This document shows, piece after piece, positions 53,126-64,000 of a stretch of 64,000 bases of DNA. This DNA is from Octopus vulgaris (Eukaryota). A model generated the notes under the pieces. That model was not told the origin of the DNA and searched no databases. It saw only the letters and a program-made list of their open reading frames with translations. Location of the stretch: contig OX597815.1 in NCBI GenBank assembly GCA_951406725.2, positions 106,392,001-106,456,000 of the forward strand. Direction: 5' to 3'. Every line of letters begins with the position of its first letter. The stretch's first letter is position 1. The position numbers were made by a program, and so were the translations under genes.

Positions 53126-56100
53126 TTCATGATTCAGTAGTACACTCTAATGAACTCATGTGTTTGTGAATAGCCACACATGTTCTGATGGAAAAACCTG
53201 GAGGCATTATATATGCAGACAGTATCAAAGTATTAGACATGATTCTTTCTTCTTTGAGTCCCATGTCCCATAGTGTCATCTGTAGTAGAATATATGTCCT
53301 GGTTTAGCACTTGACAGTAAACAATATGTTGCTATGAAGCATTTTAGTGTCAGTAGAGAAACAATAGTTCTGGTATAACCTTTTTGAAATGTATGTGCTA
53401 TTTAGTGTATTGATCACCCTGTACAGATACATAATCGTAGAAACAGATGAGTCGAAGTTCATGAACTGTAAATCCCAGTGTAGTTATGATCGAGAATTCT
53501 CTGTATGGTGGAATGCATGACCCTTAAGTGTATCCTTGTGCCTATCCCTGATCAATATCTGCATTACTTTATTGCCACTCATGACTGATCAAGTGTTACC
53601 AGCTACATGTATTGTAACTGATTGTTGGTGTGGTGACCAAATCACAAGACTATTTTCTAAACACAAGAAATCTGTTCACACAAATGTAATTCAAAAGACA
53701 TGGAGTAATGTAGAAGAAAATTTTGAACCATGTATAGTACCTCAGGCAATCATATTCCTTTTTGTTCCAGGGAATTTACTTAGTAACAATTGCACAATTT
53801 GTTAAATCCTTTCAACACTATTATGATGCCTAATCCTTATATTCTAGTTTATTATTAAACAAGTTATAATAAAATAACTCAAAGCATTTAAAAATTATCT
53901 CACTATCACCATTTTGTCACAAAGTTTTTAGTACTTTTATATAGTTCTAAAGAAAACAATTCTTCCACTTGTTTTATTGCCGAGTTTTCTGGTAAATGTC
54001 TCAGCGAAACACAGCCGTCTATGCGATGAAACAATGAAAACTATTATTTTGTGGTAAAATAATAACATATCGTGTATTTGGTGTAAACTTTTTTACATTC
54101 GATGCACTTGGTTACTTAATAACCAAGCTTTGTTCACACGAAATAAGGGAATCATGAAATATTTGATGCATTTTATTTAAATAATGGCTTCTGATAAAAC
54201 ATGAGGCCAGCAATTTTGATTACTTCACTGACATATCGTATTAGATGCTTCCAGAGTATCTAAACTGCACAATACTGTCCACTATTTTACTGTATCTACA
54301 TGGTTTTATTTCTTTTGAAATCATATTCAACAAGTTAAATACTTTTCACTTTTAAGACTTGAATCTTTAATATTTCGTACTCTTAAATTATTTTACTTAA
54401 AAGTTAGTTTCTTCTGTACTCGCATATACTCTAAGTGGCTGCAAAGCTGAAAAGAATTTAAAAAATAAAAACGGATTTATTCGAGTAAAAACTGAAAATT
54501 AAACTACTACCGAAAAGAGTTTATTTAAATATTTCTGTGAGGAGGGGGGGGGGGGAAACTAACATTATTCCGGAAGTGACTTCAGTAACGCGGACTAGGT
54601 TCACGCAAAATAGTTTAACTTGGATATATTTTCTCAAATGAAAATATTTTACTTTATTACGCACAAATAAGTATTTGTAATATTTAGAAATATTTATTTA
54701 ATTACAATAGTTGCTTATCTATTCATTTTAACAAATACTGTTTTTATCTTAATTACATTGGTTTGTGCTTACCTATGAACTTCCGGTGTCTCATTCAATC
54801 ATCCTTTTCACTCGTGTCCGTCGTCAAGTCAACATCGCGTGAGTATTACTCCTGTTTTGTCGCACACATTCATTCATGTTAGCAATTATCTTGTAAACGA
54901 ATATTGAAATATTGCCATTTAAAATAGTAGATAGAATTAATATCTGCAGCAAGAGCTATGAATATTTTAATGATTATATTACTTTATTGTTACAAGATTC
55001 TAAATCATTACCAACTATAATTGTTTGATTTAATTTTAATAATTTTGTAAAAACTTGTAAAATTTATTAGTGCAGTACTAAACAATTTGCTTTCGCACAT
55101 TTTTAGCGCCTCACTCGTCTAAGTTATACATGGAACGTTACCTTTTCCGCTTTGCTATTTTGCGTTCTGAGAATTTAGATGTCCGAAATCATTTGTTGCA
55201 AGATATCGAAGCGTCATTTACAGTGAACGAAAAACGGAATCTGCTTTTGAGGGGATGATTTGGTGGTTTTCAAATTGTTTTCCATTAGTACCCATTCCGC
55301 TACGAGCATATATTATAGATGGTTCGGTGTTAAGTTCGTTGTGCGACCACGTGGCTTTGTTCGCCCATGTGTAGCACATGGGCTACTGTCTCTGACCGAT
55401 TCCATTTCAGAATTTCGTGGAAAACTACGGAAACACTTAGTATATGAATTGCATTAAGGAGACTGGCGAGCCCAAAGTATCTATAAACCTGAATATCGGG
55501 TGTACTTATTTACTTTACACACATAATATATATATATATATGTAAAGTATATATAGCGGTGGTAAAGATCATGGACCGCACCCCCTTTACTATTTTCCTT
55601 TTTACAGGAACACACTTTATCTAGAGCCGAGTTTAAGAATCTACAAAAAGCCTGCATCAGAAAATCTAAACCCCATTTCTTAAATTTTAACTAGATGTCG
55701 GAGGAAAAATTCTTTTTATTTCACCCCCGCTCGTTTAAATTGTCAATATAAAGACCTTCATCCGGGAACAAGAATTAAAAACCCATAGAGGGTGTTTGGA
55801 GAACGAATGATTTTTCCGTATTAACTTACAGAATTCAATATTTTTGGTTATGAAAGATCCGATTTTTTATTCTTGCGAAAGACGTAGAAAAATAATGATT
55901 ATGAAAAGATTGGTTTGTAAAATTTAAATTTTTCAAAAAACCCTCAGGCCGGCCATCCACATGCTAGAAATAACAGCCAAATTCCAGTGAACTGCGATAA
56001 CAATTTACTCACCGTTCTCAAGATTTCGCTCAAAGTAGTTTCTCGCAGTAATATGACAAAGTAATTCATGTGAAAGTTTTTAAACTGCAAAAACTACTTT

Positions 56101-56930
56101 TCGCCCCCCCCCCCCATCAAGCTCCCTAGGAAAACAATGGGTGGTAAAAAAAAATGCGGAAAACGAATATGAAAACTAAAAAGACCATATTTCGGATTTA
56201 GTATACAAATCAAAACAATTTTTCCAAGTTTATTTCCATGTTACGTCCGTCTCATCACACTAACAAAACTTATACATTGTCTCGCACGCCCCAACACCTC
56301 AATTGTTCTGTCTGTTACACCGACTTCAAAAGATAAGTGCCCTGTTCCCCCACGTAAGTTAAAAAATAATTTTTTTCATGGAAAGCAATCTTTTTTCAGA
56401 AACAATCAAAAAGCACGTGCTTTATAAGTGACGTAAATTGTACTAGAAACGAATAGATTGGCTCGCGATTTCTTTAAACAAAAATCAAAAATTTAAAAGG
56501 GTGCAGTGGTGGGGGAATAAAAAATCCCAATTTTTTTTTGCATATTCGTTTTCTCCGACATAAGAATCCGAAAAAAATTTCTTTAAAAAGGGGCATTTTT
56601 GGAGAGGTGCGAAATTTCATCGTTTTGGCCATCTTTCGGTATTCATCTACTTGATGTAAACTGAAAAATCTATTCGGCAATTTCTGGCGAAATTGGTTTA
56701 CGAGATAGCTGAACAAATTCACACGCACACTTACACATCTTTTTTATATTTTTACGAATCATTTTGTGTGTGAATTTTTTTGTATGTGTTTATGTACACA
56801 TGAATTTTTATCATGATTCGCTTTGTACATGTATCATTTTCAAACCTTCTTTCACATATATGTATATATATATATATATATATGAATGAGAAAAGGTGTT
56901 CAAAATGCTGGATGGTTGTATCGCCTATTT

Positions 56931-57686
56931 GGCATAGTTTCGGTTGTAGTAGCACAGATTTCCGTCGATTTCATAAGTAATGAGAGCGAAAGAGACTAAG
57001 AGGAAGCGATTTTACGACGAGAAGGTTTCACTTTGAAGTCGGCCTGTGTGTGTTTGATGGGGTGTGGGAGACAGAAAGTATGTTGTGTAAGTGAAGTGCT
57101 TCTGTTAGTGTGTGTGAAGAGACAGACATACATATACACATACACCGAGTAAAAAATTACTATGAATCGGCCATACATACATACATACATACACACACAC
57201 ACATACATAGATACACACACACATACATACATACATACACACACACATACACACACATACATACACACACACATACTTACACACACACACACATACATGC
57301 AGACATACATATACACATACACCGAGTAAAAAATTACGATGAATCGGCCATACATACATACACACATACTTACACACACACACATACATAGATACATACA
57401 TACACACACACACACATACATGCATACATACATATACACATACACCGAGTAAAAAATCAGTTATCTCTCTGTCTCTTCACACACACTAACAGAAGCACTT
57501 CACTTACACAACATACTGTCTGTCTCCCACACCCCATCAAACACACACAGGCCGACTTCAAAGTGAAACCTTCTCGTCGTAAAATCGCTTCCTCTTAGTC
57601 TCTTTCGCTCTCATTACTTATGTAAAAAAATAAAGTTTTTTACGGAAATCGACGGAAATCTGATCTACGACATGCGAAACTTCGCC
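56931..57686. mobile_element. TIR element with ~200-bp arms, GG...CC ends and a CA-rich tandem-repeat interior
   Basis: ggcatagtttcggttgtagtagcacagatttccgtcgatttc matches the reverse complement of gaaatcgacggaaatctgatctacgacatgcgaaacttcgcc. The interior has three catatacacatacaccgagtaaaaaat units. Confidence 0.8.
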
Positions 57687-57782
57687 GGTACTCGATACTC
57701 GATATCCTACGAGGTGACTTGCGCATGCGCAGTGCAGAATTCGCGCGTGCGCGTTAACCCCCCCCAAAGGTGTTGTATTTCA

Positions 57783-57813
<31 letters not shown>

Positions 57814-59105
57814 ACATTTTCAATTTTACACAAAAAAATTACATAGTCGCTTTCCTCGCGGATTTACAGAGAAATGAATTAATTACTATTTTACAGAATA
57901 AAATTAATGAATTAATTATATAAATTAAATAATTCTTGAAAATTAATTAATATTAATAATATTTTTTGAACAAAGTAAATAATTTATAAAACTTGGTTAA
58001 TAATTTTTTTTACACAAACGCGAACGTATATAATTTGTGAAACTTTTTTTTTACAGACGTATATAATTTGGTAAACTTAATGAATTAATTTCTTATCATC
58101 ATCATCGTTTAACGTCCGTTCTCCATGCCAGCATGGGTTGGACGGTTCGACCGGGGATCTGGGAAGCCAGAAGGCTGCACCAGACTCCAGTCTTATCTGG
58201 CAATGTTTCTACAGCTGGATGCCCTTCCTAACGCCAACCACTCCGAGAGTGTAGTGGGTGCTTTTTACATGCCACCCGCACAGGTGCCAGGCGAGGCTGG
58301 CAACGGCCACGGTCGGATTGGTGCCAGTCGAGGCGGCTCTGGCATCGGCCACGATTCGGATAGTGCTTTTTACGTACCACCAGTCCAGGGGTCCTGGCAT
58401 TTGCCGGGTGCCACACTTGCCCCAACATGTCTTCGCAAGCAAAGGGGGTTGGCATGGGTGCCTGTCGTGGGATGAGGTTCGATATCAACTTCGCTTGCCT
58501 CAACAGGTCTTTGTGTATAAATGTATAAATTTTTCGCACTAAATTCTTTCCGTAGAATTTATAAAAAAACGCGCAAAATTATTCCGTAGACTTTATCAAA
58601 TTAAAAAACGCAAAATTAATATATTTTTTGAAATTGCAAATTATTTAGAATATAAAACAAATTAAGTTAAATTTTAAAAATAAATGTCATATACTTATAC
58701 TCTGTAAGGTGCTGTGTTCACACTTCAATTTACTATTTTCTAGAAATGTTGCTTTTCTAATTGAAACAATTTTTCTCAATCTCCATTTAAAAGTCCATAA
58801 TGCCTCTTGAGCCATATCAAAATGAACAACTTTGAATTACCCGGTGGTGGTGGTGGTGTGAGGTTCTAATTTTTTTTCTGATCTCTCTTTGCCCCCTCTT
58901 TATCTCAGTTGTTCATTCAGCTAATATTTAGAAAAATTTTCGCGCCCAATTTTTGTTGTCGCGGGAAAAGATGAACGATTTAAAATAAATATATCTTAAT
59001 TGTAGTGTGAGAAAGTATATATATTCTGATGACAAAATATATTATCTTTCAAAAACATCCCAAATTTATAGACTATATCGTGTAGGTTTAAGAAATATAT
59101 ATATA

Positions 59106-59136
<31 letters not shown>

Positions 59137-60459
59137 ATATATACATATATAGTAGAGAATGAAACATCTTTCATCTGTCTCCCCACCACACCTCCATCTA
59201 GGGGGGCAAAGAGAGATCAGAAAAAAAATTAGAACCTCACACCACCACCACCACCGGGTAATTCAAAGTTGTTCATTTTGATATGGCTCAAGAGGCATAA
59301 ATGGAGATTGAGAAAAATTGTTTCAATTAGAAAAGCAACATTTCTAGAAAATAGTAAATTGAAGTGTGAACACAGCACCTTACAGAGTATAAGTATATGA
59401 CATTTATTTTTAAAATTTAACTTAATTTGTTTTATATTCTAAATAATTTGCAATTTCAAAAAATATATTAATTTTGCGTTTTTTAATTTGATAAAGTCTA
59501 CGGAATAATTTTGCGCGTTTTTTTATAAATTCTACGGAAAGAATTTAGTGCGAAAAATTTATACATTTATACACAAAGACCTGTTGAGGCAAGCGAAGTT
59601 GATATCGAACCTCATCCCACGACAGGCACCCATGCCAACCCCCTTTGCTTGCGAAGACATGTTGGGGCAAGTGTGGCACCCGGCAAATGCCAGGACCCCT
59701 GGACTGGTGGTACGTAAAAAGCACTATCCGAATCGTGGCCGATGCCAGAGCCGCCTCGACTGGCACCAATCCGACCGTGGCCGTTGCCAGCCTCGCCTGG
59801 CACCTGTGCGGGTGGCATGTAAAAAGCACCCACTACACTCTCGGAGTGGTTGGCGTTAGGAAGGGCATCCAGCTGTAGAAACATTGCCAGATAAGACTGG
59901 AGTCTGGTGCAGCCTTCGGGCTTCCCAGATCCCCGGTCGAACCGTCCAACCCATGCTGGCATGGAGAACGGACGTTAAACGATGATGATGATAAGAAATT
60001 AATTCATTAAGTTTACCAAATTATATACGTCTGTAAAAAAAAAAGTTTCACAAATTATATACGTTCGCGTTTGTGTAAAAAAAATTATTAACCAAGTTTT
60101 ATAAATTATTTACTTTGTTCAAAAAATATTATTAATATTAATTAATTTTCAAGAATTATTTAATTTATATAATTAATTCATTAATTTTATTCTGTAAAAT
60201 AGTAATTAATTCATTTCTCTGTAAATCCGCGAGGAAAGCGACTATGTAATTTTTTTGTGTAAAATTGAAAATGTTATATATACACACACACATATTTTTA
60301 GTGAAATACAACACCTTGGGGGGGTTTAATGAGCACGCGCGAATTCTGCACTGCGCATGCGCAAGTCACCTCGTAGGATATCGAGTATCGAGTACCTACG
60401 TCTGGCGCGCGCGCAAATTCGCGTGTGCAAAACCGGGACCACGACAATTGACAAGTACC
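57687..60459. mobile_element. Giant palindromic element, copy 2 (left end truncated by ~70 bp)
   Basis: Arms at 57687-58897 and 59200-60459; same spacer, in the same orientation, as copy 1; right terminus CAATTGACAAGTACC. Confidence 0.92.
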
Positions 60460-61201
60460 CATTTCTGATGAAACTACAGGAGTAGTTGAAAGCGCTAATA
60501 TGAAGAAATAACGTAAATATTTTTACAACCATCCAGCATTCTGAACACCTATTTTCTTTCATAAATCTGTACATCACCCCCAATACTTCTAACACACACA
60601 TATTTATATATAATGTGTGTGTTAACTAAAGTTCGTTCTTGTGTTGTACAACGGAGGTAGATATATCCAAAAATTGTCTTGCGTTTCTTGAAAGTTACAC
60701 ACAAAATTCACCCGATACAACGGAGCTATATCCAACTAATGAATCCTCTGGCGACATCGGCAAATGAAAAAAATTAAATTTCCGGAAATTGTCGAACACT
60801 TAGATACATTTTCAAATGCTGATACATGGCTATCATCTCCCAAGGATTGCTAGTCTTTTCAAGTGCTTGATATTAAAACTGCTTGTTATGAAAAACTTAT
60901 TTAGTTTTAATTTACCCTACGCGGCAATTTTGCTAGAACAGTCTTCATATGTTGAATGACTGTGTATATTAATTGCTAAATTATATTAGGCAAAGTGTTT
61001 ATACACTAGTGTATGCCATGTATTTGGTGTATTGTATAAACCTATGCCACAGTCGTTCTTATACCCGTACGTCGTGTAAATAAAAGCATCAAACTGTTAT
61101 ACTTAAACGAATATTCTTTTATTTTTCAGATATTGACAATATCAGCGGTTGGTGACGACCGAGTATACAGAAAAGGTGAATGTAAATAAAAAAAAAAACT
61201 A

Positions 61202-63222
61202 TTGGGTTGGCAAGAAGGTAGTTTCGTTTTTCGCAAATTATCATCATAGAATTAGGATATTTTTTCAATGACTTTGATTTCGTTATGATTTTCCCTTTTG
61301 ACATTTGATAGCCGTTACTTGCTTTAGAAGCAAATTGCGCGTAATTTTGTTTACAACTGTTCAACATGGAACGCAAAAACGAACATTTTCGCCATATTTT
61401 GCTTTTTTATTTCCGTAAAGGGGTGAAAGCAGCTGAGGCTCACAAAAAGATATGTGAAGTTTATGGTGTTGATTGCTTAACAGAACGCACATGTCAGAAA
61501 TGGTTTAAAAAATTCCGTTCTGGAGATTTTTCACTCAAAGATGACCAGCGTTCTGGTCGACCTACTGAAGTTGATGATGACCGAATCAAAGCTATAATTG
61601 AATCTGATTGTCATATAACTGTGCGAGAGATTGCAGATAGATTGAATGTATCACATACAACAATTGAAAATCACTTAAAATGTCTTGGATTCGTTAAGAA
61701 ACTCGAAATTTGGGTTCCTCATGAATTGAAAGAGATTCACTTAACACAACGAATCAATATTTGTGATATGCATCTCAAACGCAATGAAATCGACCTTTTA
61801 TTAAAACGAATCATAACTGGTAATGTAAAATCGGTTGTCTACAATAACATCAATTCAAAACGATCATGGTCCAAGCATAAACCAACACAAACCACATCGA
61901 AAGCTGTAATGAATCAAAAAAAGGTCATGCTGTCAATTTGGTGGGATTACAAAGGTGTTGTGTATTTTGAACTGCTTCCAAGGAACCAAACAATTAATTC
62001 AGATGTTTACTGTCAACAACTAGTGAAACTGGAGAAAGCAATCGAAGAAAAACGGCCAGAATTGGCAAATGGTAAAGGAATCATATTCCACCATGGCAAT
62101 GCTAGACTACACATGTCTTTGCCAACTCGTGAAAAATTATTAGAGCTTGGTTGGGAAGTGATGTCACATCCACCATATAGCCCTGACCTGGCACCATCAG
62201 ATTATCATTTATTTCGAAGTCTGCAAAATTCTTTGAATGATAATATTTTCAATAATGATGATGACCTGAAATCGCACTTGCTTGAGTTTTTGGCTGATAA
62301 GGACCAGAAGTTCTATGAGTGCGGAATCATGAAGTTGCCAGAAAGATGGCAAAAGGTCATCGATCGAAATGGAAAATATATAATTGATTAAAAAGAGTAA
62401 AATGTGTATTAAACGAATATGAGAACAATCGATTATAGTGAAATTTGCGCCAACGAACCGATTATAATGAAATTTGGGGGAAATTTTTTTCCCAAGGGTG
62501 TGGGAGAGGACGAGACATTTAGGAATTATTTTTTTGAGTCTAACGGAAAAGGGTTTGAAAATATAATTTTTAGATTTATTTTTCGTCTGAGTAATAGATA
62601 AAGATTTTAACAAAGATCTCATGTATCATGGTAAGATAAACTGATTCATATGGTAAATCGTTCAGTTTACTTTCGTAAAAAAAAAGAAAGCAAAGGGACA
62701 TAAATACAACTGATTTCTAACTTTGCTTATCTACCTATCATTTCTTACTGCTTTGTTTCAAGATATAAACAGGAATTGAAAAAACAAAAAAACTAATATA
62801 AAAGTTATTGTCAACAACACGTTCTGATTTGACGAACGATTACGGTGTTGAATATGGTTTCACTTAGGAAAAGGGCAATTTACCTGCTGTTTTTAGCGCA
62901 TCTCACGACCATCTGATGCCTTGTTTAATATTTTCGATTAATTACAAGTTCTCTCGGATTCCAATAAGCAAGTTAAGTCTAATGGGAATAGGTAGAGTGG
63001 TATTGAGTGTTTTACAGTATAAAAAATGCAAAAACACCATTAGGGTAAGAAGAGTTGTATTGAATGTTTAAAATCAGTTCATTGGTGCAAATTTTGGTCC
63101 TCGTATTCGTTTGATACACTTTCAACACCCTTTTTCTTGTTTTGTTGACCAGGTGTTAAACATAAACCAAAAAACGACTTGTTTCACACAAAAAAACCGA
63201 AGTTACTTTCTTGCCAACCTAC
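61202..63222 (+). mobile_element. Mariner element (mellifera-subfamily-like) with diverged TIRs and extra sequence in the 3' region
   Basis: Left TA-ttgggttggcaagaaggtagtttcg; right ccgaagttactttcttgccaacct. The span is ~2.0 kb against ~1.3 kb for a typical mariner. Confidence 0.8.
61366..62391 (+). CDS. Full-length mariner transposase ORF with a mutated DD34D triad
   Basis: HTH region with RSGRP, WVPHEL linker and HPPYSPDLAPSDYHLF. TGDEKW reads TGNVKS and HDNARPH reads HGNARLH. Confidence 0.9.
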   Translation: MERKNEHFRHILLFYFRKGVKAAEAHKKICEVYGVDCLTERTCQKWFKKFRSGDFSLKDDQRSGRPTEVDDDRIKAIIESDCHITVREIADRLNVSHTTIENHLKCLGFVKKLEIWVPHELKEIHLTQRINICDMHLKRNEIDLLLKRIITGNVKSVVYNNINSKRSWSKHKPTQTTSKAVMNQKKVMLSIWWDYKGVVYFELLPRNQTINSDVYCQQLVKLEKAIEEKRPELANGKGIIFHHGNARLHMSLPTREKLLELGWEVMSHPPYSPDLAPSDYHLFRSLQNSLNDNIFNNDDDLKSHLLEFLADKDQKFYECGIMKLPERWQKVIDRNGKYIID

Positions 63223-64000
63223 AGTTTTCCTGGTCAATTTTTTCCAGATATAATCAATTAAAAGCTATGCAAGCCCAACTATTTATGCTAGTTTCAATTA
63301 AATGTTTTCTTACTTTTTCATCACTATTCTGATTAAAACATTTAGCTCTGGTCTCTCATTGATAACTGGTGAAATACCATTTGATTAATGGTTAACTTGT
63401 ACACAAACACTTTAGTTTTAAATCTTCAGTATGTCTGTTAATCTGGATATGAAATTGTTATCCATTTGGTTAAACCTGCAGAGTAGATTGCAACTCAGTG
63501 ACATTTAAGGTTGGTGTGACTTCGTGAAATGCAAACATGATTTAAAAGTTGATCTGTAGCAAGATTAAATGAATTAGGATTTCCCATTGCTGTAGAAATA
63601 AATCTAAATACAGCATCAAAAATATCAGGACAGTTGTATGGTAGTATTGCGTGCTTGTAGGCAAAAGATGCTGCCCGATAAAGGTCTTGAATCATTTATC
63701 AAAGATTTAGGTACATAAGTAGATTTTATCAGAAATGTTTGATGGATGGGCTTATGTAAATTTTGATCCAAATGAAGCTTCCAGTGTAGGATTTTAATCT
63801 TCTGGTTTATATCAATATTTCATTCTTAGCTAAATTGCATTTTGAGGAATGATGAAGATTAACTGGGTTTTCATGAGATGTAACATCGATGAGACCATGC
63901 TCACTAGACAGTAACTGACCTCAATGCTATTAATCGATAATTTTTGTAGAGGTAGACTTCTATTGAGAAAGCTTTTCTAATGTGTAAGTTTTCAGTAGTT

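Noticed and set aside
57105-57460. Three spaced direct repeats superficially like a CRISPR array
   Set aside because: Eukaryotic context, the spacers are CA microsatellite, and there are no cas genes; it is the tandem interior of a TIR element.
46555-60459. Palindromes as pure assembly artefacts or haplotig duplication
   Set aside because: Copy 1 has a clean TSD inside a reconstructable host MITE, the two copies have different flanks and diagnostic variants, and the arms are not identical. Read-level confirmation is still advisable.
61366-62391. Calling the mariner ORF SETMAR
   Set aside because: No SET-domain exon is visible in the window, and SETMAR is an anthropoid-specific Hsmar1 fusion.

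Overview
AT-rich, repeat-dense eukaryotic DNA. The SINE/LINE repertoire looks cephalopod (octopus-like); that assignment is inferred, not proven. The only clear host gene is a two-exon Rab39-family GTPase on the + strand (3236-3453 joined to 38885-39311, 214 aa, ending GGCC). Its 35.4-kb intron is CpG-depleted and holds decayed mariner, piggyBac, hAT, RTE and SINE copies, one young 5'-truncated CR1 LINE with an open RT ORF, and a Penelope-like hairpin. Downstream (about 44.5-60.5 kb) is a CpG-rich cluster of nested palindromic elements, most with GG...CC termini and 8-bp target-site duplications (Merlin-like signature). It includes two copies of a ~2.9-kb non-coding palindrome with ~1.3-kb arms. 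The arms of each copy share copy-specific variants, carry a mirrored SINE, and show one variant swapped relative to the spacer. Near the end is a mellifera-type mariner with an intact 341-aa ORF but two of three catalytic aspartates lost, a candidate domesticated transposase.
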